Below are positions 40,750 through 50,832 of a DNA stretch of 60,864 nucleotides, in pieces. The DNA comes from Treponema sp. GTDB taxonomy: Bacteria; Spirochaetota; Spirochaetia; Treponematales; Breznakiellaceae. The translations under genes were made by a program, and so were the position numbers. The notes beneath the pieces are model-generated. The model was given only the letters and a program-made list of their open reading frames with translations, ran no database searches and was not told the origin of the DNA. Numbering within the stretch: the stretch's first letter is position 1; each line of letters starts with the position of its first letter. The stretch spans positions 1 through 60,864 of the forward strand of contig JAISSH010000064.1 of assembly GCA_031273265.1 (NCBI GenBank), given 5' to 3'.

Positions 40750-41980
40750 GAATAAGTTCGACAGCGTCTTTTTTTCCGTCCAGTTCAAAGGACGCCGTTT
40801 TGCCCGTGCAGGAAAGCTGGTACTTTCCCTTGAAACCTTCCATGTTGATAAAACCCTCCGAATCACTGCGGACTGTTGTTTCTGTGCGCCATTCATTTTC
40901 AATTTTTGAACGCAGGGCATGGTACGACGGTTTTTCGCTGTTGTCAGTCCGCAGTAAACCGGCGGGCGCATGCAGCCACGCGTTATCCGCACACGACCAT
41001 GTTGTTATGGCGTGTACGGAAGGATGAGCGAAAAGTATTTCGTACATTTCGGAAATTTCCGCCGCCTGGCGCGCCTCTCCCTCAGGAGTAGTCCGCCATT
41101 CTTCAACCTGCCAATCGTTCAGGTCTACGATATGCGGCGGCATAAGATCGCCTGAGATGATAGTGTTTTCCGTAAAATGCAAAGGCAGGTTGAAACGGGA
41201 AAAACGCTCAATGACATCGCGCACCTTTTCAGCGCCCCAATAACCCTGATGCTGGTGCGACTGAATGCCGATCACATCAATGGGAATTCCCGCCTGTAAA
41301 CATTTATCTATTAGAATTTCATAATCTTTCGACGTGTCAAAATCGTTTAGTATCAATACCGCGTCTGGATTTGCGCGCCGCGCCGCCTGAAACACTTCCT
41401 GAACAATCCGCACCTGTCCGTATTCTTTGCATATTCGCGTAACGGCATTGTCGTATTTGTCAAAAACCGGCATGATAACAACTTCGTTGATAACGTCCCA
41501 AATATCAATCAACCCGGCGAAAGCCGATACGTCCCGCTCAATGCGCGCGATGATCTTTTTTAAGATTTCTGAGTTTGAATAATTCATGAGCCACGGCGCG
41601 CAGACCGTATGCCAGCACAGAGGATGTCCCTTTGTAATGATGTTCCGTTCGGTAAACCAGCGCGCGCTTGATTTTAAGCGCGCTTCATCAGGCTTGCCCT
41701 CTTCTGGCTCATAGCGCCCAATGTAAAAGGGCAGGGTAGCGTAATTGTTAATCGCGAAAATCTTGCCGAGTTTTTCCCGCAAAAAAGCGGCTCTTGTCTC
41801 ATCTACCGCGGTTCCGTCGCCTGCAAGTTCCACAGCGTCAAAACCGCCGCCGCCAAAGAGAAACTGATGGCTTTTCTGGCTGATCTTTACATCCTGATTT
41901 GCCGCGGGCTTTCCGTTTTCCGTAACCAGCCGCGCGCGAACGGCGGCTTTTCTGTGTTTAAATTTTTCCATAACAGGCAT
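40733..41980 (-). CDS. GH10 endo-1,4-beta-xylanase-like enzyme, no signal peptide
   Basis: KGHPLCWH, WDVINE (acid/base), IGIQSH, HFTE (nucleophile). Confidence 0.88.
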   Translation of the reverse strand: MPVMEKFKHRKAAVRARLVTENGKPAANQDVKISQKSHQFLFGGGGFDAVELAGDGTAVDETRAAFLREKLGKIFAINNYATLPFYIGRYEPEEGKPDEARLKSSARWFTERNIITKGHPLCWHTVCAPWLMNYSNSEILKKIIARIERDVSAFAGLIDIWDVINEVVIMPVFDKYDNAVTRICKEYGQVRIVQEVFQAARRANPDAVLILNDFDTSKDYEILIDKCLQAGIPIDVIGIQSHQHQGYWGAEKVRDVIERFSRFNLPLHFTENTIISGDLMPPHIVDLNDWQVEEWRTTPEGEARQAAEISEMYEILFAHPSVHAITTWSCADNAWLHAPAGLLRTDNSEKPSYHALRSKIENEWRTETTVRSDSEGFINMEGFKGKYQLSCTGKTASFELDGKKDAVELILTNYP

Positions 41981-43179
41981 TATACTACAAAAATAATGTC
42001 ACGTCCGCCTCCGGTGAGGCACTCGCCTCCGTTCTTTGTAACAACGTAGGTGTCCTCAACGCCAGCCATGCCTGTTCCGCTGACTGCGTACTTTGGCTCA
42101 AGAGCGAGAACCATGTTCTCCTCCAGCGGCTCGTCAAAACCTTTCGCTATTACGGGAAACTCGTCGATGTTAAGCCCAACGCCGTGACCCAAAAATTTTA
42201 CCCTGTGGTTAGGCGACACTCCCATAAAATGCTCCTGTCTCTCCGGCGGAATGGAAGCCATGACGGTTTCGTAGACTTTCGAGGGTATCTCTCCCGGTTT
42301 TAGCATTTGCGCAAGACGCTTCTGTATGCCGATGCAAAAACTGTGCGCTTCCAAAAAATCCTTCGGCGCTTCGTCTCCAAAAAAATAAACTTGCGTTTTG
42401 TCGCTGTGGTAGCCCTTCATTCCAAAAGCGACGTCAACAAAAACAGGCTCGCCTTTTTTCAATTTTTTCTCCGCGTCGCCAGAATAGGGAGCCCACGGAC
42501 CGTTGCCGCGGCAGCCTCCCGGACCGTCAAACCAAGTGGGAACAAGCGCGTTAGTTCCAAACCCTATCTGCCCGATGTTTATATCAATCTGAAACTGATG
42601 AAAACGCGCCATGCCCTGATAGCCCAGCCGGTACATTTCGCGCGACATCTCTCCCAAAAATTCATGCTCAGTCATTCCTTCGCGCAGAATGGCGGGGACG
42701 CTTTCTTCAAGAAGTTTGCGGTGCGCCCGCGCGGACTGGCGAATAATTTCAAGCTCGTAGGGCGATTTTACGCCGCGCACAGTCCGAACCACAGAATCGA
42801 GGAAGCCAACGTTATCCATTTTAAAATATTTCGCAAGCCGGTCGCGCGTTACGAGCGGCATGGTGTCCCCTTCGACATAAACCTCTCCCAGACTGCCGCC
42901 GGTTTTCTGCGCAAGATCGCGGTATGTGCCAATGTTGATAATTTCCTCAGATGGCAGGGGCGATTCCTCAAGAGCGCGTTCAAAACTGCGCCTGACCCCG
43001 TAGATGAGTTTTCCGTCCCGCTGGATAACTAGAACACCGTCCTGTATAGTTCCGGTAAAGTAATACTTGTTCACGCTTTCCATAATTACCGCGCTGTCCC
43101 AGCGGGGAAAGCGGCTTGTCATAAGCGCGATGAATTTTTCGCGCCTCTGTAAAAGTTCCTGTAATGTCAGTTCGTTCAT
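41980..43179 (-). CDS. Xaa-Pro peptidase, M24 family
   Basis: R.VKS.YE, GYHSDKT, GHGVGL..DE.P, LALEP, GVEDT. Confidence 0.9.
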   Translation of the reverse strand: MNELTLQELLQRREKFIALMTSRFPRWDSAVIMESVNKYYFTGTIQDGVLVIQRDGKLIYGVRRSFERALEESPLPSEEIINIGTYRDLAQKTGGSLGEVYVEGDTMPLVTRDRLAKYFKMDNVGFLDSVVRTVRGVKSPYELEIIRQSARAHRKLLEESVPAILREGMTEHEFLGEMSREMYRLGYQGMARFHQFQIDINIGQIGFGTNALVPTWFDGPGGCRGNGPWAPYSGDAEKKLKKGEPVFVDVAFGMKGYHSDKTQVYFFGDEAPKDFLEAHSFCIGIQKRLAQMLKPGEIPSKVYETVMASIPPERQEHFMGVSPNHRVKFLGHGVGLNIDEFPVIAKGFDEPLEENMVLALEPKYAVSGTGMAGVEDTYVVTKNGGECLTGGGRDIIFVV

Positions 43180-43235
43180 GAGTACAGAATAAAGTAAAAT
43201 TGTGATTTTGTCACCGCGCCGAACGGCAATATTAA

Positions 43236-44252
43236 TTAAAATTTCAGCTTAACGATAAAACGCAAGTCCGACAATGAAAGTCCCGCGCCGGCTTCGTTTG
43301 GCGAATAAAGATAATCGCCGTCATTTTCTTTCTTATACGATTCGCCAATTGTTCTGCCGATATGCCTGTAAGCGAATTCGAGAGAAAATTCGATCCTTTC
43401 CAAAGTAAAAGAAAAACTGCCACTCGGTTCAAGAAAAAGTCCCATATAGGTAAAATCACGGAATGTGATGCTTCTTAACAGATGTTCATCCATAGTGGCG
43501 CAATAGGTAAGAGGGCTGATTTGGAATGAAAGTTCAAAAGAAAAAGGAGAAAGTAATTTTGTGCCGATTGAAAATCCTGCGGCAACCAGAAGCCAATCCT
43601 GTTTGTAAGTGATTACGTTACCTGATAAATTTCCTTCATCTGGTTTGTCATTAATAGGGTAAAATGTCTCAGGATTACCGGTGATAGGATTATAAGTTTT
43701 CTCTCTTGCGTAAATTAAATATCCGTCCCTTCCGGTAAATGAAAAACGCATCCATGAACCGCTTAAAAACGGCTTAATATAAAAATAATTTTTAACTGGA
43801 ACAGAAGCACCGACAACCGCATCCAGCCAGTAAAAATCGCCGGTTTTGTTTGTGTGGCTGGAAAAATTGGTAAGCTCTCTATTTTCCACAGACATCCAGT
43901 CGCGATCTTCCATGACGCCGGAATCGGCGGGAATCCCGGTTTTATATGAAACAGAAGAAAAAAAACCCGGACGGCTCATTATATTGGCGAGATTGAAATC
44001 CAGCTTAACGCCGTAGTAAAAAACAGGTTTCATGTCCCACCTAAGTTCGCTTAACAATTCGCCCTTAGTTTCGCCGGGCGTTGGGTAGACAAGTTCAAAT
44101 GCCTGACCATAGACAAAGCCGAATTGAGTTCCAAATGAGAAAACGTATTTTCTTTCTTTATTTGAATCCAAGCAATACGCGGAATTATCCGCCAAAAAAG
44201 AAATAAAAATGATGACTAAAACCGTGAAAACGGCTATATTTTTCATTAACAT
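43236..44252 (-). CDS. Omptin-family outer-membrane protease
   Basis: SELRW, MEDRDW (Asp pair), SSH, ITYKQ, DEH (Asp/His dyad), C-terminal Phe; start may be 44246. Confidence 0.8.
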   Translation of the reverse strand: MLMKNIAVFTVLVIIFISFLADNSAYCLDSNKERKYVFSFGTQFGFVYGQAFELVYPTPGETKGELLSELRWDMKPVFYYGVKLDFNLANIMSRPGFFSSVSYKTGIPADSGVMEDRDWMSVENRELTNFSSHTNKTGDFYWLDAVVGASVPVKNYFYIKPFLSGSWMRFSFTGRDGYLIYAREKTYNPITGNPETFYPINDKPDEGNLSGNVITYKQDWLLVAAGFSIGTKLLSPFSFELSFQISPLTYCATMDEHLLRSITFRDFTYMGLFLEPSGSFSFTLERIEFSLEFAYRHIGRTIGESYKKENDGDYLYSPNEAGAGLSLSDLRFIVKLKF

Positions 44253-44262
44253 GAGAATAGCT

Positions 44263-44640
44263 ATGAAACATGTTTTTAGTCAATTGATGATTCTATTTTT
44301 TACCGCGATTCTCTTTTCATGTTTTGCTAAAAAAGATGAAAGTCCCGTTATTCCGCCTGTTACTTCCCCCCTTTCAAGGGATTATATCGGGTTTGGCGTT
44401 ATTACCGCGTCATTTACGCATATAATGGCGGACCCGGATCAGAACAGCCCTTCGCTTGGGTATCTGCGGCGCGGCTCTCTTGTTCGCATTCTCAGGCGGC
44501 AGACCGTGAAAAGCGGCGGAGTTTTTACATCATGGGTGTTGACGGAGGGAAACCAGCAGGGCTGGCTGAAAGAAGAAGTTTTAAGCATTTATGAAACAGA
44601 AAGTCAGGCGAAAACTGCTTCGGATTCTATTTTAAAGTGA
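44263..44640 (+). CDS. Small lipoprotein, SH3-like
   Basis: Lipobox LFSC; P...SP.LGYLRRG..V and GWL motifs. Confidence 0.7.
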   Translation: MKHVFSQLMILFFTAILFSCFAKKDESPVIPPVTSPLSRDYIGFGVITASFTHIMADPDQNSPSLGYLRRGSLVRILRRQTVKSGGVFTSWVLTEGNQQGWLKEEVLSIYETESQAKTASDSILK

Positions 44641-44648
44641 AGCCGTGA

Positions 44649-45716
44649 TTATGAGCGCAGGCATCCCAACTGTCCGCATGCGCCGTTTACGCCGCGTCCT
44701 TTGCGCAGGCGTTTTGTAACTTTTAACCCCTTGCTTTCCAGCAGGCCAATAAATTTTTCAATTTCCTCTCTGTCCGGTTCACGCAAAGGCTTGCCCTCAA
44801 ATTCCAGACCATCGGCGGGATTCCATGGAATGATGTTTACGACAGTATCAAGCCCCTTGGCAAATTCGGCGATGGAAAGCGCGTCTTTGCCGCGGGTGTT
44901 GACGCCGCCGAGCAGTACTGCTTCCAGAGTAACGCGCCCGCCGCCTTTTTTTTGAAAAAGAGCGAGGGCTTCCTTCACTTTTTTAAGAGGATTGGCGGCT
45001 GTAATGGGCATCAGTTTTTGACGCAGCGGCTCATCGGCGGTTGTCAGCGAGAGAGCGAGGCGAATAAAGGGACCGTTTTCGGCAATGTCAAAGAGTCCGC
45101 CGCAAATGCCGCAGGTGGAGACAGTTATTCTTCGCTTTGAAAAATTCATTCCATCGGGGTCTGTAAAAAAAGCGGCAGCCATGCGTAACTGCGCGAGGTT
45201 TAAAAGAGGCTCTCCCATGCCCATAACAACAATGTTCTCGATTATATGATTATCGCGTATATGCTCGTCGCCTAACGTATCCGCGGCGGCGTTACGCAAA
45301 AATAAAAACTGTTCGGCGATTTCTTCCGCGCAAAGATCGCGCGCAAATCCAAGACTGCCGGTTTTGCAGAAAACGCAGTCCGCGGGACAGCCCGCCTGCG
45401 TTGAAAGGCAGGCGGTAAGGCGTTTTTTACCGTCGTTAAGAAGCACGGCTTCAATTTTTAAACCGTCTTTCAGCTTTATTACCGCTTTTTTCGCCTGCCT
45501 GTCCTCATGGAAGCTGTCTATAACGCTCGAATACAGCGAAAAGCGCGAGGCAAACTCCTGCCGCAGAGAATGGGGAATGTCGGTCATTTGGCTGAAATCG
45601 CTTACTCCGCGGACTATCCATTTGTAAATTTGAGAAGCGCGAAAACGCGGGAGAGGGGAGAGCAGTGTTTCTATTTCCTGAAGCGGCAGCCCTGCCAGCG
45701 ACGGTAAATGCTCCAT
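44649..45716 (-). CDS. rlmN: 23S rRNA/tRNA m2A methyltransferase RlmN
   Basis: CLSTQAGC...C.FC.TG, MGMGEP, GACGQL; ATG 45716 preferred over the longer overlapping start. Confidence 0.94.
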   Translation of the reverse strand: MEHLPSLAGLPLQEIETLLSPLPRFRASQIYKWIVRGVSDFSQMTDIPHSLRQEFASRFSLYSSVIDSFHEDRQAKKAVIKLKDGLKIEAVLLNDGKKRLTACLSTQAGCPADCVFCKTGSLGFARDLCAEEIAEQFLFLRNAAADTLGDEHIRDNHIIENIVVMGMGEPLLNLAQLRMAAAFFTDPDGMNFSKRRITVSTCGICGGLFDIAENGPFIRLALSLTTADEPLRQKLMPITAANPLKKVKEALALFQKKGGGRVTLEAVLLGGVNTRGKDALSIAEFAKGLDTVVNIIPWNPADGLEFEGKPLREPDREEIEKFIGLLESKGLKVTKRLRKGRGVNGACGQLGCLRS

Positions 45717-45720
45717 TAAA

Positions 45721-46845
45721 TTAAATGCTATCGAGCATCTCTGATATTCTTGGGTTTTTAATTCCGAGCTTTTGAAATTCTTCAAGAGTTTCAACGGCTT
45801 TAATGCGCGAGCCCGCTTTCAGATAACAATCGGCAAGTTCAGAATAAAGACGGTAGTTCCTGCTATCCTGCTGGATCAGACGCTTGAATGACGTTATCGC
45901 TTCTTCAAATTTTCCCTGTACTTTGGAAAGCATCGCAAGCCCCATCACCGCGTATGTGTCAAATTCAATATTCAACGCTCTTTCATAAAAGTCTTTTGCT
46001 TTTTCAAATTCATTTAAATTGCGGTAAGCGTCGCCCGTGCGCGTTAGTATCATTTTGTTTTTCGGGTCCTGTTCAAGAATACGGTTCCAGTATTCAAGTG
46101 ATTTTTCAAGACGGTTCATTCCACGGTAACAGTCGGCAAGTCCGAACAGAGCGTAAAAATTATTTGGCTCTTTTTTGAGAGCCGATTCAAAATACGGTAC
46201 GCCTTCGCTGAAGGTTTTTAATTTTCTATGGCAGTTGCCGATGGAAGTTAGGACGCGGATATCAATATTTTCGCTGTTGATTGACATCATCTTTTCCCAA
46301 TAAAAAAGCGCGTCCTTGTATTCTTTGAAATCGTAGTGCAAATGTCCCAGACCGATGATGGCGTAGGGGTTGTTGTCTTCCATTTCCAAAACCCGCATAT
46401 AAATTAATTTGGAATTGGAAAAATCTTTTACTTTTCTGTAAGCGTCCGCAATTCTGGTAAGAACGGTGATATTTTTGTCGTCATGAAGAAGGTACTGCTC
46501 CCAAATTTCAATCGCCTTTTGATACTGATTCATTGCCTTGTAACAGTCCGCAAGTCCGAAAAGAGCGTAGTTGTTATCGGGATGATGCTCAAGGCATCTT
46601 TGGTAAAAATTAACGGCTTCGCGAATCTGACCCTGTTTTCTGCTCGCGTCTCCCATGCCGACAAGGGCGTAGTTGTTGTTTTCATCAAGAGCGAGAATTT
46701 TTGAAAAGCAGTCTATGGCGTCGTCAATCCTGTTTTCTTTCAGAAGATGATAGCCGGTTTTTGAAATTTCCGATATTCTGTGCTGTTCGCTCGGGGCGTT
46801 GTTGTCTTCGTGCGTTTTGTTATTCATCATTTTGCTCCTGATCAA
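45721..46845 (-). CDS. Tetratricopeptide repeat protein
   Basis: ~34-aa repeats (N.YALFGLADCY, NITVLTRIADAY). Confidence 0.9.
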   Translation of the reverse strand: MIRSKMMNNKTHEDNNAPSEQHRISEISKTGYHLLKENRIDDAIDCFSKILALDENNNYALVGMGDASRKQGQIREAVNFYQRCLEHHPDNNYALFGLADCYKAMNQYQKAIEIWEQYLLHDDKNITVLTRIADAYRKVKDFSNSKLIYMRVLEMEDNNPYAIIGLGHLHYDFKEYKDALFYWEKMMSINSENIDIRVLTSIGNCHRKLKTFSEGVPYFESALKKEPNNFYALFGLADCYRGMNRLEKSLEYWNRILEQDPKNKMILTRTGDAYRNLNEFEKAKDFYERALNIEFDTYAVMGLAMLSKVQGKFEEAITSFKRLIQQDSRNYRLYSELADCYLKAGSRIKAVETLEEFQKLGIKNPRISEMLDSI

Positions 46846-47194
46846 CGTGAAAGACGCCTATGTCTTCTGGCTCGTCAATCATGCCGCGCAGAACAAGGGC
46901 AAGCTGTTCAATCAGCGGTTCGGATTTTGTTCGATCCGGCGCGAGCCAGTACATTTGCAGGGCATCGATAAATTGATTTTTGGACTTGTAATGATCCCCG
47001 ACTCTGGCAAGTCCGTCGGAATATCCCGTGGTCAGGAAAATCCTGCGCGCTTCCTCAATTTTCCCGTCATTGTAAAGCTGGTTGCCCTTGCGGTTCAGCG
47101 CCGCCTTTGTCGGGCTTTCTACAGGTGTCGTTGAAGATACTTTGAGGAATGAGCCTTGGTCATCAAATTTTTCAAATGTTTTTTTAATATCCAT
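46820..47194 (-). CDS. Conserved hypothetical protein
   Basis: LNRKGN..YN.G..E.ARRIFLTTGYSDGL.RVGD; co-oriented with the TPR gene and rlmN. Confidence 0.75.
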   Translation of the reverse strand: MDIKKTFEKFDDQGSFLKVSSTTPVESPTKAALNRKGNQLYNDGKIEEARRIFLTTGYSDGLARVGDHYKSKNQFIDALQMYWLAPDRTKSEPLIEQLALVLRGMIDEPEDIGVFHVDQEQNDE

Positions 47195-47260
47195 AATATT
47201 TTTCTTGTGGGATTTTCTCCCTATATTATATTATCAGCGTTTTTTGTACAAAAAACAAGT

Positions 47261-47803
47261 TTATTTTACTGTAAAAAAATCTACCACCGATCTTCCGTAT
47301 TCGCGGCTGTCGGTTTTAATCAGGTTATTAATTCCGTCTTTTTGACCGGAAAACGCCGCGTCTTCGCGCGGACGGTGGATCAGGATTTTGCTATTGCCGC
47401 GCACAAGGCAGGACGACGCGATGTCCGCGATTAGCTCCCATTTGTATTTATACGGAAAGGGCGGGTCAAGGAAAATTATATCGAAGGATTTTTTCGCCCT
47501 TTTTACGTACAGTTCCGCGGGCATAAAACGGCATTGAATCCGTATTGGGGAAATGGAAACATTTTCAAGAAGGGTCTTGCGTTTCAGTTTGTCCTGTTCG
47601 ACCGCCTCAACATACGCGGCTCCGCGTGAAGCGGCTTCAAGGGCGATAATTCCTGAACCTGAAAAAATGTCAAGGAAGGAAAGCCCGGACAGATCGCCGA
47701 GACAGCCAAAAAAAGATTCGCGCATTTTGTCCATGCTGGGTCTGATTATTCCGGGAGGAACGGCAATTGTTCTGCCGCACAGGAGTCCGCCTGTTATCCT
47801 CAT
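47261..47803 (-). CDS. rsmD: 16S rRNA m2G966 methyltransferase
   Basis: MRITGG, RPSMDKMRE, LEAASRGA, FLDPPF, YG.S. Confidence 0.92.
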   Translation of the reverse strand: MRITGGLLCGRTIAVPPGIIRPSMDKMRESFFGCLGDLSGLSFLDIFSGSGIIALEAASRGAAYVEAVEQDKLKRKTLLENVSISPIRIQCRFMPAELYVKRAKKSFDIIFLDPPFPYKYKWELIADIASSCLVRGNSKILIHRPREDAAFSGQKDGINNLIKTDSREYGRSVVDFFTVK

Positions 47804-48252
47804 GGACTCCCTAAACTGCCTAAAAGTCCGTTTAATTCGGCGTTGCTTACCACAGGTTCTGTTACTGAATTGCCCGCCGGAACATACGCTTCGTCAATTT
47901 GCTTTTGCCTTTTCAAGCTGTCTTTTCTGAATTTATCGATCCATGCCTGAGTTTCCGGAAAACGGGCGGGGGAGAAGGGGCTTGTATTGTTGGTTAATTC
48001 GTTTATAAGCTGGCTGAACTGCCATTCTGCGTCCGACAGATTGTCGGCTTCAGTTTCCCTGTCCAGAAACTTGATGTTGGCAATGAACTTTTCCATGAGC
48101 ATATCCAGCACGGAATTCATGAATTCCAGATCGCCCATAGTTTGGCGCAGAAACAGCCCTGTATCCGTATCAAGATGAAGGAGGTCCCGAATCATCCTGA
48201 TTCTGACATTCAGGATAAAAATTGTATCTTCAAAATTTATTCGTTTATTCAT
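47800..48252 (-). CDS. Conserved hypothetical protein
   Basis: 150-aa helical ORF with an ATGA overlap to rsmD. Confidence 0.75.
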   Translation of the reverse strand: MNKRINFEDTIFILNVRIRMIRDLLHLDTDTGLFLRQTMGDLEFMNSVLDMLMEKFIANIKFLDRETEADNLSDAEWQFSQLINELTNNTSPFSPARFPETQAWIDKFRKDSLKRQKQIDEAYVPAGNSVTEPVVSNAELNGLLGSLGSP

Positions 48253-48369
48253 GCCTTTTCTAAGTATCGGTAAAATACGCTATAAAATTGATATGTCTTT
48301 CAGGCTGGCTGCCCCCCAAAAACAGTTTTAGGCATATATTTCTGCGAGTATGAGGTTATTTAACCCCGG

Positions 48370-48399
48370 TTGACAATATGACGATATAATTTCTATACT
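48370..48399 (+). promoter_or_regulatory. sigma70-type promoter
   Basis: TTGACA-N18-TATACT upstream of a GGGGAG SD. Confidence 0.7.
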
Positions 48400-48426
48400 G
48401 ATCAATAAGGGTAAAAAAGGGGAGAC

Positions 48427-49662
48427 ATGGACGCGCCATTACAATTAACTTTTGTCAATTTTGCCAAAGACGCTTATATTATCGTTGAGGGCAAGAGAAA
48501 CGCGGACAGGTTCTTTATTATACGGTCGGGTAAGGTGCGGCTTTCCAAGGAAGTGCAGATTGTAGCTGAGGAACAGGGCGATGTTCTGGGTCCCGGTGAT
48601 TTTTTCGGCGTTGTTTCTACCATGTCCGGTCATAGCCATATTGAGACGGCGCAGGCGCTCACGGACGTTACCCTTATATCTGTTCATAGGGATCAGTTCA
48701 GCCAGTTGATACAGAACAACGCGCCGGTTGCCATGAAAATTATCCTTCAATTTTCAAAGCGGATGCGCTACCTTGACGAAGCCCTTACGCTTCTTACCCT
48801 GAAAAATAGAGCTACGGGTGAAGACTTTGGGCACATTTTCAACATTGGCGAGTACTATTCCAAATTGAATCAGTTTAATCAGGCTTTTTACGCCTATCAT
48901 AAATACATAAAGCATTGCCCCAATGGAGCGAGTGTAAAGACGGCTGTTGAACGAATGAAAAAAATCGCCCCCTATGTAAAAAACCCTCCAAAGGAATTTA
49001 AGCCGGGAGAGAACGTTCGCGCCTATCCCAAAGACGGGATTATTTTCTGCGAGGGCGAGCCGGGAGACGAACTTTTTATCATACAGAAAGGCGCGGTTAA
49101 AATTGTCAAAATTACAGAAGATAACGAGATACTTCTTGCCGTGCTGAAAAGCGGCGATATTTTCGGAGAGATGGCTCTTTTGGAATCCAAGCCCAGAGCG
49201 GCTGGAGCCGTCGCTTACGAAAACTGCCAGCTTATGGCTGTTAACCGTGAAAATTTTCAGCAGATGATCTCAAGCCAGCCTCAGCTTATCGCGCGTCTTA
49301 CAACCCTGCTGTCCGAGCGGATTTGGCTCATCTACAAACAGCTTGCCAACACGCAGATAGACGATCCTCTGGGGCGCATGTATGATATGCTCCAAATTCA
49401 AATTGACAAGAAAAAGATCGATGTAAATAACGCGACCAATTTTTCATTTGATTTTGGAATCAAGGAATTGAGCAATATGGTAGGGCTTTCCCCTTCGGAC
49501 GGCGCGTTAATCGGGAAAAAACTGCTGGAAAACCGCGCTTTTCAGATAATGAACGATAAAATATTTGTCAAAGATGTAAGGGAAATCGCGAGACAAAACG
49601 GCTATTTCCGCAAGATGCAGCAGCTTGAAAAAGCCCGCATGGAAAAGAAAGGAATGGTTTAA
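48427..49662 (+). CDS. Crp/Fnr-family protein with two cyclic-nucleotide-binding domains
   Basis: IIVEG..ADRFFII..G.V...GDFFG and IFCEGEPGDELFIIQKG.V...GDIFGEMALL...PR.A. Confidence 0.88.
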   Translation: MDAPLQLTFVNFAKDAYIIVEGKRNADRFFIIRSGKVRLSKEVQIVAEEQGDVLGPGDFFGVVSTMSGHSHIETAQALTDVTLISVHRDQFSQLIQNNAPVAMKIILQFSKRMRYLDEALTLLTLKNRATGEDFGHIFNIGEYYSKLNQFNQAFYAYHKYIKHCPNGASVKTAVERMKKIAPYVKNPPKEFKPGENVRAYPKDGIIFCEGEPGDELFIIQKGAVKIVKITEDNEILLAVLKSGDIFGEMALLESKPRAAGAVAYENCQLMAVNRENFQQMISSQPQLIARLTTLLSERIWLIYKQLANTQIDDPLGRMYDMLQIQIDKKKIDVNNATNFSFDFGIKELSNMVGLSPSDGALIGKKLLENRAFQIMNDKIFVKDVREIARQNGYFRKMQQLEKARMEKKGMV

Positions 49663-49699
49663 CAGGCTTTTTTCATAAAAATATCCGATAATAAAAACG

Positions 49700-50254
49700 A
49701 TGAAGTACAAATTGATGATATTTGCTTTTGCCGCTTTTCTCTTCCTGCGGCAGACAGGCGTTCAGGCGCAGGAAGCGTCTCAGGAAGGAAGCGAACTGCC
49801 GCGTCAGTTCCGCCAGCTTACGCTTGGAATGAACCTTGACGACTTGAAAGAAACTCTGGTAAAGGACACTCTTTTCAATTTCCGGGGCGACAGGGACGTT
49901 TCTTTTCTGCCTATCAAGGATCAGAGCCTCGTAGAGACAACCGGTCTATCCTTTATTAAACGGGCATTTTTTCAGTTAAGGGAAAGCTCCGTTTTCATCA
50001 TGGCTTTTACCCTCAACACCGAAATCATAGACCATTATTCTGTTTTTACCCAGTTTGTTGAAAAATACGGTCAGCCTTCATACCTTGATCCAAGATCGGC
50101 TGTTTGGGAAACAGAGCAGACCCGAATCGCGATTGAACGTCCGCTGACCGTAAAATACATCGACAAGGCGGTCTTTGACGACATTGTAAGCGAATCCGGT
50201 CTTGTTGAATCCGGACAGGTGCGCCTCCGTCAGGATTTCCTGAATGAGTTCTGA
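49700..50254 (+). CDS. Exported conserved hypothetical protein
   Basis: Signal peptide (..GVQA); FRGDRDVS, ERPLTVKY. Confidence 0.75.
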   Translation: MKYKLMIFAFAAFLFLRQTGVQAQEASQEGSELPRQFRQLTLGMNLDDLKETLVKDTLFNFRGDRDVSFLPIKDQSLVETTGLSFIKRAFFQLRESSVFIMAFTLNTEIIDHYSVFTQFVEKYGQPSYLDPRSAVWETEQTRIAIERPLTVKYIDKAVFDDIVSESGLVESGQVRLRQDFLNEF

Positions 50255-50795
50255 TTATCCGTTCTTGAAATTTACCACTAACAACCAACAATCACGAACA
50301 AATGGAAGATTTAGGATTACAGGTTCGTGGTGTTTGTGCGGTTCGTGGTTAACTTTTTTCTTTATTTTCATTTTTACTACCGCGTCTTGTTCCGCGCAAA
50401 AACTTGAGGTACGGGAATTTCCCATTGAACGGGACGGACAGACGGTCGCCGTTGTAAAAGCGGAAATTGCCCGCACTCAGGAAGAACGCGGACGCGGTCT
50501 CATGTTCAGAAAAAAACTCCCCGACGGCGAAGGAATGCTTTTTGTTTTTGAAAAAGACGAGGTTCTGTCTTTTTGGATGAAAAATACCCAAATCCCCCTT
50601 TCCATAGCGTTTATCGCCTACAACGGCAGGATCATAGAAATTAAAAATATGCAGCCCCACGACCTCAATTCGGTCTCCTCAAGCCGTTCCGCCCGCTACG
50701 CTCTGGAAACGCCTCAGGGCTGGTTCTCCCGCGCCGGGGTAGGGATCGGGGACACGGTTAAAGTTGACTCGGCATTGATAAACAGCCGAAAATAG
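50244..50795 (+). CDS. DUF192 domain protein
   Basis: EIA....R.RGLMFR, GMLFVF, FWMKNT.IPLSIAFI; true start uncertain because the N-terminus overlaps repeats. Confidence 0.88.
   Translation: MSSDYPFLKFTTNNQQSRTNGRFRITGSWCLCGSWLTFFFIFIFTTASCSAQKLEVREFPIERDGQTVAVVKAEIARTQEERGRGLMFRKKLPDGEGMLFVFEKDEVLSFWMKNTQIPLSIAFIAYNGRIIEIKNMQPHDLNSVSSSRSARYALETPQGWFSRAGVGIGDTVKVDSALINSRK
50274..50350. repeat. Short 9-bp repeats in inverted arrangement
   Basis: ACCACTAAC..ATCACGAAC versus GGTTCGTGG TGTTTGTGC GGTTCGTGGT. Confidence 0.5.
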
Positions 50796-50832
50796 ACTAT
50801 AATCAAAAAAACAGCTTAAATGAGGTGCTTTC

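Noticed and set aside
49670-49699. sigma28 promoter (CCGATAA) before the gene at 49700
   Set aside because: No TAAA at the proper spacing; GATAAT may instead be a sigma70 -10 element.
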